A stretch of 64,000 nt of DNA from a virus: positions 115,627-179,626 of the IMG/VR virus record IMGVR_UViG_3300027631_000002. One strand, 5' to 3'. Below the pieces are notes generated by a model, which was not told the origin of the DNA, made no database searches, and saw nothing but the letters and a program-made list of their open reading frames with translations. Shown piece after piece: positions 1-9,980 of this stretch; the stretch's first letter is position 1, and every line of letters starts with the position of its first letter. Position numbers and translations under genes: made by a program.

Positions 1-2
1 AT

Positions 3-1217
3 CTTGTAGATAATCATTGGAATGGAACCGCTTATAATGTTGAAACACAAATTGTTGCTTATGTTTATAAAGAAGTAAGATATGGTAATGAGATTAAAGT
101 ATTTGCTATTCAAAATAGAAGAGGTAGATATCCTAGACCTTGGAATAGTGACTGGAGAAGTATTGGTAATGAGTCTTGGACTCTTACAACTTCTAAATGT
201 AATAATATAAACCTATTAAAAGCTAAAGCTAATGCAGGTGGTCAGGATCCTTATGGATATAATACATTATTTGATATGTCTAACTTCCGTGTTAGACCAG
301 TTCAAGTTACTTCTACATTGAAAGATGCAAACTTTGCAATTATATTAGATTTTTCTAAATTAGATAAGTTGGGGGTTGTAAAGAAAACAGAAGTAAAATC
401 TGGTAGAACAGAATCAAGAGAAGGTGCGACTGCATTTATATCTAACGATGATATAAAGAAAGCAAATATTAAAAGATACTTTGATAAAATTGCGACTAGT
501 TTTAAACTAACTGGAGAATTACAAGATGTTAGTAAGTTTACTAGTATGGCTACTAGAGTTCTTGGTGGTAGATCTTGTGTGTACTTCTTAAATAATTCTG
601 CAAGTACTAATGAAATGGATACTCTATCAACTATAGCAGGATATATCTTTAAGATGATTAAAAAAATAAAAACTGCAGAAAAGGCAGATAATCAATCTAC
701 AGAAGATGGATTCGTAGGAACTGCAGTTGAAGATTTAAAACAGGATAGAGATTTTATAGATATTATTACTATTATTAACGATAAATATAAAAGTTTATTA
801 GATAATTCAATTAAAAAAGTAGATAGTACAACTAGATTCCTTAAACAACTTAAAGATAAAATTAAAGCAGATGCTAGTGAAGATTGGATGGATAAAGATC
901 TTAGAATACTATCCAATATAGATAACTTATCTGCAGAAATAAACAAATATATTTCATCAATCAAAGTAGATACTTTAGAAGATGTTGAATTTTTAATACA
1001 AGAAATTTACTCTATAAAAAGTTTATTAAGATCTGATAGAATGTCTATGACAAACTTAAATGGTTTATTTGATAGAATGCGTCCAGGTAGTTATTATAAC
1101 GAAGTTCGTTATTTATATCCAGCACTTACAGATAGAAGAACTTATTATGGTAATATAAACAACGGTATTCAATCTATAATTACAATTATAAGAAAAAAAC
1201 TAGCAATGTTAGACTAA
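3..1217 (+). CDS. Hypothetical protein, 5'-truncated by the window edge
   Basis: Frame 3 is open from position 3 into the tracked ORF 276..1217, so the true start lies upstream of the window. Confidence 0.75.
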   Translation, partial: LVDNHWNGTAYNVETQIVAYVYKEVRYGNEIKVFAIQNRRGRYPRPWNSDWRSIGNESWTLTTSKCNNINLLKAKANAGGQDPYGYNTLFDMSNFRVRPVQVTSTLKDANFAIILDFSKLDKLGVVKKTEVKSGRTESREGATAFISNDDIKKANIKRYFDKIATSFKLTGELQDVSKFTSMATRVLGGRSCVYFLNNSASTNEMDTLSTIAGYIFKMIKKIKTAEKADNQSTEDGFVGTAVEDLKQDRDFIDIITIINDKYKSLLDNSIKKVDSTTRFLKQLKDKIKADASEDWMDKDLRILSNIDNLSAEINKYISSIKVDTLEDVEFLIQEIYSIKSLLRSDRMSMTNLNGLFDRMRPGSYYNEVRYLYPALTDRRTYYGNINNGIQSIITIIRKKLAMLD

Positions 1218-1835
1218 ATGAAACACTTGAAAATATTTGATAATTTTCAAGATAAACAAACATTGATAATTGTCGATGTTCAAAAGTCTTTTAGAAAGTT
1301 TTTTACTGAAATGTATTTACACGAATTAAAAAACTATTGTAAGAAGTTTGAATCTGTTTACCAAATTTGGGATAACCACGTCGATGGTAAGAATGTAGAT
1401 AAAGATTATCTATATGATGAGGATCCAGACATCCCAGTTCATAAAGATTTATATCGTTTTCCTAATCAAAAAGATCTAATAGAGAAAAGATATAACTATG
1501 ATGTAGATGTAGATTTCTATAAAAATATTTTATCTAAAGACGTTTATAAAGATCTAAAAGAAAAGGAATCTAATAAGGAATTAAAAAGAGGTGATACTTT
1601 CAATACTAAAGAAGGTACATTTATAATTTATATTGGAAATCATCATAAATGGTATCACCTACCGAAAAAACTACAGGAACTATTCACTGAATTAAAAGGA
1701 CAAGAAGTTGTTATGGTTGGTGGTTCTGATTCAGAATGTTATTTAGACGTTGAAACTGCCGCTAAATCATTTGGAGTTAAAGTAAAAAGAGATTTTAAAT
1801 ATATCTACAGTGCCAATCATTGTCCTATAAAGTAA
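1218..1835 (+). CDS. Isochorismatase/cysteine-hydrolase (nicotinamidase-like) protein with N-terminal MKHLKIFDNF tag
   Basis: LIIVDVQKSF and VMVGGSDSEC motifs resemble the isochorismatase catalytic Asp and Cys regions. Confidence 0.55.
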   Translation: MKHLKIFDNFQDKQTLIIVDVQKSFRKFFTEMYLHELKNYCKKFESVYQIWDNHVDGKNVDKDYLYDEDPDIPVHKDLYRFPNQKDLIEKRYNYDVDVDFYKNILSKDVYKDLKEKESNKELKRGDTFNTKEGTFIIYIGNHHKWYHLPKKLQELFTELKGQEVVMVGGSDSECYLDVETAAKSFGVKVKRDFKYIYSANHCPIK

Positions 1836-1838
1836 TAC

Positions 1839-2216
1839 TTAGTTTACTGTTGCATAAACTTGATAATCAGAAACCGTAAAACTTATAACCATATATTCTT
1901 GGTATCTTTCAGGATCTTCAAAAAACTCTACATATAATTCGTAAGGAACAGAATCTACCTCTGGTATATAATCCGCAATCTGTGCCATTAGTTCTCCTTC
2001 AATTGATTCTGATGATAATCTAGTTTCATGTAATAGTTCTGTTAGATTTGCACCAAAGTTAGGTTCACCTAAAACTTCACCTTTATTAGTAAAAATAATC
2101 ATCTCATACTTTTGTATGATAACTCTGATTACGTCATCTTCGATAAGTTCTGCCAATTTAAACATTGGATGTCCTGGGTAACAGATATAAAAATCTATAA
2201 AGTTAAAGTTCGCCAT
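1839..2216 (-). CDS. gp25: Baseplate wedge protein, gp25-like
   Basis: 125 aa; FTNKGEVLGEPNFGANL matches the gp25/GPW signature (TxxGExxxxPxFG). Confidence 0.75.
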   Translation of the reverse strand: MANFNFIDFYICYPGHPMFKLAELIEDDVIRVIIQKYEMIIFTNKGEVLGEPNFGANLTELLHETRLSSESIEGELMAQIADYIPEVDSVPYELYVEFFEDPERYQEYMVISFTVSDYQVYATVN

Positions 2217-2247
2217 AAATTATATATTAAAAATTTATATATACTTA

Positions 2248-2619
2248 ATGAGATATTTAAAGAAATTTAATGAAGGTCAGTCACCATCTGATATAATAGA
2301 TAGTATAGAGGGCATTTTAGTCGATTTAATGGATAATAATATGGTAGAAATAACTGATAAGTCTTGGGCTTTAGAGGTTTCTATTAAATTACCGGTCGAT
2401 ATTGTAGATACTGATAATAGGAGAGACTTTATATATAATGAGATTGATTTTGAATCAATTAAAGATAAAGTTTTAATGCTATTGGATTATATGAAGAATA
2501 AAGGATATAAATATAGAATGTCTTGTAAGATTAAGGGAAGTAGTACTTTCTTTTCTGTTAAAAGAGATACTATTATTGATTTACCAGTAACAGAAGTAAA
2601 AATCATTTTTGATAAATAA
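2248..2619 (+). CDS. Hypothetical protein with N-terminal tag (MRYLKKFNE)
   Basis: ORF with a TATATA motif just upstream and the shared N-terminal motif. Confidence 0.7.
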   Translation: MRYLKKFNEGQSPSDIIDSIEGILVDLMDNNMVEITDKSWALEVSIKLPVDIVDTDNRRDFIYNEIDFESIKDKVLMLLDYMKNKGYKYRMSCKIKGSSTFFSVKRDTIIDLPVTEVKIIFDK

Positions 2620-2649
2620 TATATAAAATAATAAAAATAAAAATTTAAA

Positions 2650-3009
2650 ATGAAATATTTAAAAAGATTTAATGAAAGTATTTTAGATGATGTTAGATCT
2701 GAAGTAGATAAAACTCGTTCTAGTATTAGTTCTAAGTTTGGACGTTTTTCTAATGTAGAAGATGAATTCAATGATGATAGTTTTGAAGTAACTGGTAAAT
2801 TAGAAATACAAGGTGGTTCATCAAAAACACCAGTTATTAAAATTAGAAGTATGAATAAAACTATAGATGGTACTTCGGTATTATCTGGTGATATAATGGC
2901 TTGGGATTTAACTAAATTTGACGGACAAGAAGTTACTATAAAAGGAACTACTAAAAATGGTGAAAAGCCTTCTTTTATGAATCCAATTATGGTAAATGAA
3001 ATACAATAA
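2650..3009 (+). CDS. Hypothetical protein with N-terminal tag (MKYLKRFNES), possibly OB-fold-like
   Basis: ORF plus shared N-terminal motif; the C-terminal half looks beta-rich. Confidence 0.65.
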   Translation: MKYLKRFNESILDDVRSEVDKTRSSISSKFGRFSNVEDEFNDDSFEVTGKLEIQGGSSKTPVIKIRSMNKTIDGTSVLSGDIMAWDLTKFDGQEVTIKGTTKNGEKPSFMNPIMVNEIQ

Positions 3010-3038
3010 AAAAAACCCAGTTTTAAACTGGGTTTTTT
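3008..3038. terminator. Bidirectional intrinsic terminator
   Basis: A-tract, ACCCAGTTT/AAACTGGGT hairpin and T-tract between convergent genes. Confidence 0.75.
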
Positions 3039-3994
3039 AATATATCTCTAAATTTTCCTATAATTGTTATACCAAGTATTAAAGGATCTGTTGCTCCTTC
3101 TAATTTAGATGAATAATCCGCAATTATATAAGCAGTTTCAAATAATTTATTTACACTTTCTCTTTTATCTGTTATACACCAATCAATAAAAGGTTTTCCT
3201 AATAGTTTAATCATTACATCAATTTTCTCCGCTCCAAAGTTTGACACTAAAAAGTGATAAGTTTTTTCAAAGTCTAAATCTTCATATAAAGTATTATAAA
3301 GTTCTAACTTCACTTTTGCAGAAACATTACCTGTTCCATCACTTATTGCTCCAGTATCTAAATAACTCTGTACTTCAACTAATACAGAACGAAAGTCTGG
3401 AAACTTTTTAGTAATAATATTTACTAAATCTTCTTTTGGTATCTCGGATTCCTCTTTAGGAAGAATTTCATTGATAATCTTTTTATAAATCTCTTGTTTA
3501 AGGAACTTTTCTTCTTCTACTCCTTGACAGTCAAATCCAATTTGTTTAATTCTTGATTTTAATCCATCTGATATTTTATTGATGTGGTTCGTTGTAATGA
3601 TAAAACGAACATTTTTGTTGTATCTTTCTATAAAAGCTTTAAATGCGTCTTGGAAGTTTGTAGAAACTCTCTCAAACTCATCTAAGAATACATATTTAAT
3701 ATCTGAATTAGTATCCATCATTGGAGTAAACTTACAGAAGTTATCGATTTCAGTTCTAAGAACATCAATTGATGTATCCATTGAACAGTTCAATTCTAAG
3801 TAAGGAGTTTCTTTTGAGTATCTACCGATTAGTATTCTAGCTAAACTTGTTTTACCGGTTCCGTAGTGACCGTGGAATATATAGTGTTGGTTTACACCAT
3901 TTTCTAATTCTTTTCTAATTCTTGGAAGTAATATAATGTCGTCGATAGTTTTTGGACGCCATTTTTCCCATAATAATAATTTATTTACTGACAT
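3023..3994 (-). CDS. gp44: Clamp loader AAA+ subunit (gp44/RFC-small-like)
   Basis: LLWEKWRP, Walker A GHYGTGKT, Walker B FLDEFE, SRIKQI (SRC-like), FPDFR. Confidence 0.9.
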   Translation of the reverse strand: MSVNKLLLWEKWRPKTIDDIILLPRIRKELENGVNQHYIFHGHYGTGKTSLARILIGRYSKETPYLELNCSMDTSIDVLRTEIDNFCKFTPMMDTNSDIKYVFLDEFERVSTNFQDAFKAFIERYNKNVRFIITTNHINKISDGLKSRIKQIGFDCQGVEEEKFLKQEIYKKIINEILPKEESEIPKEDLVNIITKKFPDFRSVLVEVQSYLDTGAISDGTGNVSAKVKLELYNTLYEDLDFEKTYHFLVSNFGAEKIDVMIKLLGKPFIDWCITDKRESVNKLFETAYIIADYSSKLEGATDPLILGITIIGKFRDILKNPV

Positions 3995-4041
3995 ATTTTA
4001 TCTCATTTTCTCATGAGTATATCAAAAATTATCAAGAAAGT

Positions 4042-4596
4042 TTATACTTTTGGACGCCCAATTAGATATTCTTCTTCTGTTATAGTATGGTCTGGAAGAG
4101 TTCTTGTATAAACACCTTGTCTTATCCAGTTTATCTCTGAATGAGGAAAAATTTTACTAACAGTTTGTTTATCACAGTATTTACAACCTGCACCTATAAG
4201 TATCTCAGCAGGTCTTCCTGAAACTTCAATCCAAAATCCTTCTTTATGCAATAGGACAATCAATTGTTTCATTAGTTCTTTCCTAGCTTCTTTTGTTCCA
4301 TCATGACCCCAACCAGAAATCTTGTGTCCATTAGACTCTCTAGAAAATATAACAACATCGGCTTGTGGATCTTTATCTATATCAACTGCTGTCCAGAAAG
4401 TTAAGTCTGGATCATTTACAACTGCATCAGGACTTGATATTCTAACATGTCCACCAAGTGGTTTATATGCCAAATCAACAATCTCCCATATTTCTTTTTT
4501 AAGCTTTTTTCTATCTTCCATAGAAAGTTCAACCCATTTATTCTTATCATATAAATCGGAAAAAGTAAAGTCTTCAAATAATTTAATGTAATTCAT
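4042..4596 (-). CDS. Hypothetical protein with N-terminal tag (MNYIKLFEDF)
   Basis: ORF; the ATG at 4596 is preferred because it starts the shared motif. Confidence 0.7.
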   Translation of the reverse strand: MNYIKLFEDFTFSDLYDKNKWVELSMEDRKKLKKEIWEIVDLAYKPLGGHVRISSPDAVVNDPDLTFWTAVDIDKDPQADVVIFSRESNGHKISGWGHDGTKEARKELMKQLIVLLHKEGFWIEVSGRPAEILIGAGCKYCDKQTVSKIFPHSEINWIRQGVYTRTLPDHTITEEEYLIGRPKV

Positions 4597-5380
4597 TGTC
4601 ACTCCATTTTTTTAATAAGTCTAATGCTATTCTTCTTCTACGTCCAATTGGTATAGTAATATCAGTTCTATCTATTTCTTTTCCATGTTTTTTAAAAAAA
4701 TCACTTCTACCATTACTATCAATACCTAATTCAATAAAATCATCATCAGTTAGTATAGGTTCACTTTTATATGGTTTTGGTTCTTTAGGTTCTATAGATT
4801 TTATATGTTTTTTATGATGACAAGGTGACTCTGTCCATACTTGTAATGTTTCTCCTTCTTCCTTAGACATTTTAAGTAGTTCATCATATGTTAATGTTCC
4901 AACTACACCACCATCAATTAACATTTGTTGATATTCTGTGATTGCTTTCATAAATCCATCTTTATCTTCGTAATAATCTGGAAATTCTTCAACTTTTTTA
5001 CCTAAGAAATCTTTCACGGTTCTTTCTGGGGAGAACCAAGTACTTCCTAATCCACCGTTTCTTAATTCTTTATTAAAACCAAAGATAGCACCTTCTTTAG
5101 GGATAATATCAAATGCAGTTCCATACCAACCAATCGAACTATCTGGATTTGGTCTAAAATACATATGTACTGATTTTAAAGGATGTGGAATTCCCAAGTT
5201 AGCATAATTATTTATAAATTCAATGTAATCTTCATCAATTGAATTTCCAGAACTTACTGTACGTAATTTAGGATCATCAATATATTCATCTTTATCAATT
5301 TTAACTCCTCTTACTAATGTTCCATTAAATACATTGGGAAATTCATTATTAAAATCTTCAAATATTTTTAAGTACTTCAT
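4583..5380 (-). CDS. Hypothetical protein with N-terminal tag (MKYLKIFEDF)
   Basis: ORF; TAATATATA lies 5 nt upstream on the minus strand (5386-5394). Confidence 0.75.
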   Translation of the reverse strand: MKYLKIFEDFNNEFPNVFNGTLVRGVKIDKDEYIDDPKLRTVSSGNSIDEDYIEFINNYANLGIPHPLKSVHMYFRPNPDSSIGWYGTAFDIIPKEGAIFGFNKELRNGGLGSTWFSPERTVKDFLGKKVEEFPDYYEDKDGFMKAITEYQQMLIDGGVVGTLTYDELLKMSKEEGETLQVWTESPCHHKKHIKSIEPKEPKPYKSEPILTDDDFIELGIDSNGRSDFFKKHGKEIDRTDITIPIGRRRRIALDLLKKWSDNELH

Positions 5381-5416
5381 ATATCTATATATTAAGTTTA
5401 GAGACTTATATTTTTT

Positions 5417-5425
5417 TAATATATA
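5417..5425 (+). promoter_or_regulatory. Putative late promoter motif TAATATATA (representative copy)
   Basis: Recurs at 8691, 20869, 24631, 25062, 35312 (+) and 2221, 5386, 39481, 51643 (-), before structural and tagged genes. Confidence 0.7.
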
Positions 5426-5429
5426 CTTT

Positions 5430-6335
5430 ATGTCAAAAAATATAACAACAGAAGATTTTATAAAAATGTCAATTGAATTATTTACGGATAAGTATAATTA
5501 TTCAAAGACTAATTATGTTAAAATGAAAGATAAGGTTATTATAATATGTAATGTACATAAAATTGAATTTTTACAAACACCTGATAAACATTTATCTTCC
5601 AAAACAGGAGGTTGTCCTAAATGTAATACAATAGGGAAGGGTAGATTAACTAATAAACTTTTCATAGAAAAATCAAATTTAATACATTTAAACAAATATG
5701 ACTATTCTATAACAGAATATATTAAATCAAATGAAAAAGTTAAAATATCTTGTAAAAAACATGGACCTTTTGAGATTAATGCAAACTCACACCTAAATGG
5801 TAGAGGTTGTTCTAAGTGTGGTGGTAATTATAAATATAAAATTATTGAGTTATTGGATACATTTAATAATATGTATAGAGGATATACATATGATTTTAGC
5901 AATTATAAAAATATTAAAAGTAGAATATTAGTTAAATGTCCTAAACATTCTCAATTTGAAACAAGTACTGAATTATTACTAAATGGATATGGTTGTAGTT
6001 CTTGTGGTAAGAAAAGTACTGGTGAAGAAAAAGTATCAGAGGTATTGAATAAGAACAATATAATATATATAAAACAAAAGTCTTTTGATGGATGTGTTTT
6101 CAAAAATAAAATGCAATTTGATTTTTTTATTCCAGAATTTAATACTTGTATAGAGTATGATGGTATACAACATTTTGAACCAATTAAATATTTTGGTGGT
6201 ATTTATTCATTAGAGAAACAAAAAATTAAGGATAGTATTAAAGATAATTTTTGTAAAAAAAATAATATTAAATTGATAAGAATTCCATATTATGAATTTG
6301 ATAACATAGAAAAAATATTAAATTATTCATTATGA
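5430..6335 (+). CDS. Free-standing homing endonuclease: Cys/His zinc-ribbon repeats plus C-terminal Vsr/DUF559-like PD-(D/E)xK domain
   Basis: Repeated CxxH..GCPKC units; FDFFIPEFNTCIEYDGIQHF; IRIPY. Start reassigned to ATG 5430, 4 nt after TAATATATA. Confidence 0.8.
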   Translation: MSKNITTEDFIKMSIELFTDKYNYSKTNYVKMKDKVIIICNVHKIEFLQTPDKHLSSKTGGCPKCNTIGKGRLTNKLFIEKSNLIHLNKYDYSITEYIKSNEKVKISCKKHGPFEINANSHLNGRGCSKCGGNYKYKIIELLDTFNNMYRGYTYDFSNYKNIKSRILVKCPKHSQFETSTELLLNGYGCSSCGKKSTGEEKVSEVLNKNNIIYIKQKSFDGCVFKNKMQFDFFIPEFNTCIEYDGIQHFEPIKYFGGIYSLEKQKIKDSIKDNFCKKNNIKLIRIPYYEFDNIEKILNYSL

Positions 6336-7225
6336 TAGGAGATAGGTATAATATGGATGATGTCTTCTTTCGTGATCTAACCATCTGCGTTTTAGATACA
6401 CTAGAAGGACAAGTAAAGTGGATAAATAGATTTACCTCAGGTGATAAATTTGTAGAAGTTCCTTTCTACTATTCAATGACTGGTGATGAAAGATTTTTGT
6501 TAGATACATTTACTGATGATATAGTTTCTGGTGATTCTACTGGAAATGGTAGGTATCTTGAATTAAATACTGACATTATACCAAGAGGACATTTAACACT
6601 TAAATCATTTGCAATTCGTTCAGATGAATTTGCAAATCCAAATGTTTGGTTAAGAACAGTTGTTGAGAATGAAGTTGAAATAAAAAAGGTTTTAGGAAGA
6701 ATTAGAGCAGTTCCGGTAACTGTTAGTTATGATTTGGTAATCACTTTATCAAGTGAGATAGATACTTTTAAATGTAGTCAGGCTATTATGGATACATTAT
6801 GGATATATAAATTCATGTATTTTGAACATAATTTTATGAATATTGATGCAGTTATTTTAATGCCTGATTCAAATTCTATTGAAATGACAAGAGATAAGAA
6901 TTTAACATCTGATAATTCAATAAAAATGACAGTATCATTTGAAGTACAAACATACTACCCTGCTTTTAGAAGAGATAGAGCAGATTTCCCTGGTTATACA
7001 AAAGAAAATGGTGGAATGTCAGATCTAAATGGATATGAAATAGAGGGTGGATATTCTGACTTTTTTAATAATGTTCGTGGTGGGACTACTGCAGGAGAGC
7101 CAAATAAGGGATTTTTTGTTGCACCTAAAAGAACACGTTGGTTTAATAATATTCTACGAGCTAGAGAACAAAGTTCTAGAAGATATGATAATCCTAATGG
7201 AGATTTGGGAAATAAAAACAAATAA
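6332..7225 (+). CDS. gp15: Tail completion/terminator protein, T4 gp15-like
   Basis: VEVPFYYS, PRGHL and VPVTVSYDL resemble gp15-family motifs; structural gene context. Confidence 0.55.
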   Translation: MIGDRYNMDDVFFRDLTICVLDTLEGQVKWINRFTSGDKFVEVPFYYSMTGDERFLLDTFTDDIVSGDSTGNGRYLELNTDIIPRGHLTLKSFAIRSDEFANPNVWLRTVVENEVEIKKVLGRIRAVPVTVSYDLVITLSSEIDTFKCSQAIMDTLWIYKFMYFEHNFMNIDAVILMPDSNSIEMTRDKNLTSDNSIKMTVSFEVQTYYPAFRRDRADFPGYTKENGGMSDLNGYEIEGGYSDFFNNVRGGTTAGEPNKGFFVAPKRTRWFNNILRAREQSSRRYDNPNGDLGNKNK

Positions 7226-7297
7226 AACAAAAAAAGGAAAAAAATGACTTTTTTACCTTAATATATAGTAATATAAAAAAAATAATAAATTAGAAAT

Positions 7298-8581
7298 ATG
7301 AAGAATCTTAAACTTGAATTGTTTAACTTCAAAAAGGATCTTTCTCTTGATCAAGAAGAAATATCTACAATTGTAGAAGGACATATGAATGCTTGTAATC
7401 AACATTCAGAGAAAACTATAATTACTTCTCTTAATGAAAGATTAAAACCTTATACCTATGATAAAGGTGTTAAGGTATTATTAGAAGGTCTTAATGATGA
7501 TATGGCTGCATTTGAATTACTATACGAATTGAAAAATTTATATGGTGTTCTTAATACAAGAAATCAAGGAGAACTTTACAGACAACCTATAAACGTTTTA
7601 TTACAAACAATTAATCTTGAATCAGATCAAGATAGAATGTCAAAAATTCTTAATGAATTAGCTATTTATGACTGGGTTCCAGAAATTAAAGTATTTGTTC
7701 ATAACTTAACAAAATCTCCAGAAAAAAGATCTAATCTTTTAAGTGGTGGTAGTGGTGAATCAATCTTTACTGTTGTAGAACAAGTTGAAGAAGGACATGT
7801 TGCTTTGGTTAGAGATTCTTGGTTTTTATTGACTGAAAATTCAATTGAAAAAACATTATTAGAAAATCATATTAAAGATGAGACAGCATTAAGAAGTTTA
7901 AGAACTTTGGAAACTGCAATGAAATACTCAACTGTTACTGAAAGTAGAATTAATTTTAGAATTTCAGAATATCTAACAATTGGTTTATCAGTTGGTAAAA
8001 AAAGTGGATTATTCATCAATGATGACGAATTAAATGAAGAAACTACATTAGAAAGTTTGTTTAACTCTCCAATTATTCCTATCGTTAACAAAAACTTTTA
8101 TCCAGTTTTATTAGAAACTTCTAAAAACTTAGATAAATTTGTTGAATTAGATGTTGTAAAAAGAGTTAATAACTTAGTAAATCCTTATTTAGAAGTATTT
8201 GCTTTCAATTACAAAAATAATACATTTGTTTACAGATGTGATGAAAGATATGGTAATTCATTCTTTAAATATGAATCTGCTTTAGAATTAGTAAATGAGG
8301 TAAGAAATGAACTAAACTATGACTTAACTTACTTCTACGAAAACAAACTAAGTAAAGAATTAATTGTTAAAAGAAAACTTGAAGATAAAGAAAGAGAAAT
8401 CACTCTTAAATTAGAAGATGTTGAATTTAACATTGATAAAGTTAAAGGTTCTTTAAAAATGATTGGTGAATCAGAAGTTTTAACAACTGCTTTATCTAAC
8501 TTAGAAAAAAGACAAGCTAATCTTTCTACTGAATTAAGTGCAGTTAAAGAATTACAATATAAAGAAAGAATAAAAGGATAA
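7298..8581 (+). CDS. Hypothetical protein, probably head-associated; C-terminal coiled coil
   Basis: Long ORF after TAATATATA; several [IL]xE protease-like sites. Confidence 0.6.
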   Translation: MKNLKLELFNFKKDLSLDQEEISTIVEGHMNACNQHSEKTIITSLNERLKPYTYDKGVKVLLEGLNDDMAAFELLYELKNLYGVLNTRNQGELYRQPINVLLQTINLESDQDRMSKILNELAIYDWVPEIKVFVHNLTKSPEKRSNLLSGGSGESIFTVVEQVEEGHVALVRDSWFLLTENSIEKTLLENHIKDETALRSLRTLETAMKYSTVTESRINFRISEYLTIGLSVGKKSGLFINDDELNEETTLESLFNSPIIPIVNKNFYPVLLETSKNLDKFVELDVVKRVNNLVNPYLEVFAFNYKNNTFVYRCDERYGNSFFKYESALELVNEVRNELNYDLTYFYENKLSKELIVKRKLEDKEREITLKLEDVEFNIDKVKGSLKMIGESEVLTTALSNLEKRQANLSTELSAVKELQYKERIKG

Positions 8582-8653
8582 GATAACTAAACAAGTTATT
8601 ATTCATAGCATTGCTGATTTCTAATACCTTCGGGTCATGACAATCATATAAAT

Positions 8654-8691
8654 AAAAAAAATACTCAAACGAAAGTTTGAGTATTTTTTTT
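8654..8691 (+). terminator. Intrinsic terminator
   Basis: AATACTCAAAC-GAAA-GTTTGAGTATT hairpin followed by a T-run. Confidence 0.8.
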
Positions 8692-8704
8692 AATATATAC
8701 ATAT

Positions 8705-8755
8705 ATGTATTCACTTTATGTTTTAAAAGACCCAGATAGTCTTATTATTAAATAA
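8705..8755 (+). pseudogene. Possible remnant of a GIY-YIG endonuclease N-terminus (MYSLYVLKDPDSLIIK*)
   Basis: 16-codon ORF 5 nt after TAATATATA; YVLKDP resembles the GIY half of phage GIY-YIG nucleases, and it stops before the YIG half. Confidence 0.35.
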
Positions 8756-8857
8756 TCAAGAAAAGGTTATTTTTTATTAAACTTTTATAATCATAATTAT
8801 ATAACATGAAACCATTAAAAGGTAATTAAAGAGTTTACTCTTATAAAAAATGATTTA

Positions 8858-9229
8858 ACGGTTATTTACTTAAACAATAAAGAGCTCTATATAGAGATCA
8901 TAGTGTCAAAAGCACAAGGACGACTAACAAGAAATGCGGAGAAAATGCTAGAGTTACTAGCAAAAAAGACAATAAGAAAAATGAGATACTGGTCAAATGA
9001 TGACAAGTTAGATTGCTACCAAAGTGGTTTACTAGATATGTTTCAAAACTGGTTCAATTTTAATGAAGACAAATCAATCAATGCATTTGCTTATTTTACA
9101 GAAATCTTTAAAAGAGGATTGGCTAAAGGATGGAATGACCTTTATAAAAAGAAAGGAGATAATGAACATTTAATTAAACTTATCTCAATAAATGGTGCCA
9201 ACGATGGAAATGGATTACACTCAATTTAA
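8858..9229 (+). CDS. gp55: Late-transcription sigma factor, gp55-like; probable non-AUG start (ACG 8858 or ATT 8864)
   Basis: NAFAYFTEI resembles gp55 NPFAYFTQI. The frame is open upstream of the tracked GTG 8903 (YLNNKELYIEIIVSKAQG) with no in-frame ATG before the stop at 8816. Confidence 0.7.
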   Translation, partial: TVIYLNNKELYIEIIVSKAQGRLTRNAEKMLELLAKKTIRKMRYWSNDDKLDCYQSGLLDMFQNWFNFNEDKSINAFAYFTEIFKRGLAKGWNDLYKKKGDNEHLIKLISINGANDGNGLHSI

Positions 9230-9361
9230 TATACAAACATTTGATTTAGTCTCAGATCCGGGTTTTTCTACTGCAAATTTTTTTAATAAAAATTATATAA
9301 GAATGAAAAGAATAAGAAACTTATTTAATTTTTAGTATAGAATACTTTTAAACCAATTTTT

Positions 9362-9661
9362 ATGAATAAAGTTTATCTTCAAATCTGGGAAGAGTCAATT
9401 ATTAATCAAGGAACAAGACCTGATGGTTGTTCACTACATATCGACCTAGAATCAAATCAAAAATATTTAAAATCAATCTATGAATTTAGAGAAAATTTAA
9501 AAATACCAAATGATTATGATTCTGCAGTTGGTGAACCAGTTGAGGTCTTGGTAAACGATGATGTTTACAACCTAATAAAGATAGACAAAACAATTAGATT
9601 ATTACAAAACGAATTTAATAATTTAATACAACTAAAAGATATAATACCAAATGATTGTTAG
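9362..9661 (+). CDS. Hypothetical protein
   Basis: ORF with QIWEESI..RPDGCSLH. Confidence 0.7.
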   Translation: MNKVYLQIWEESIINQGTRPDGCSLHIDLESNQKYLKSIYEFRENLKIPNDYDSAVGEPVEVLVNDDVYNLIKIDKTIRLLQNEFNNLIQLKDIIPNDC

Positions 9662-9980
9662 TTTAATAATTTTATTATTTATAATAAATAATATTTATTT
9701 TCTTAAAAATAGAGATTATTTACAAAAGAATTTTTCGGAAAAAAATAATATTAGATTACTAGATGTTTTATATTATTATATAAATCTATTATACTATGTC
9801 TTTGTATTTATTGGTTTATTTACTGACTATAAGTTATATTTCTATATTTTAACTATAACATACCTATTAAAGTTTCCGCTATATCATATAAATAGAAAGA
9901 TATATCAAATATTTTCATATTTCTATTCACATATAACAATTATTATTTTACTTACTTTATTATATTCCAAACTTTTTTAA
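9651..9980 (+). CDS. Small multi-pass membrane protein
   Basis: Three to four hydrophobic segments. Confidence 0.6.
   Translation: MIVSLIILLFIINNIYFLKNRDYLQKNFSEKNNIRLLDVLYYYINLLYYVFVFIGLFTDYKLYFYILTITYLLKFPLYHINRKIYQIFSYFYSHITIIILLTLLYSKLF

Noticed and set aside
4583-5380. ADP-ribosyltransferase (Alt-like) assignment from LVRG..SVH
   Set aside because: No convincing catalytic ExE or STS motif was found, so it is left as hypothetical.
8600-8650. Possible small structured RNA containing a C(UUCG)G tetraloop after the 7298..8581 gene
   Set aside because: Only a very short stem is evident, and no larger fold or known family could be supported by eye.
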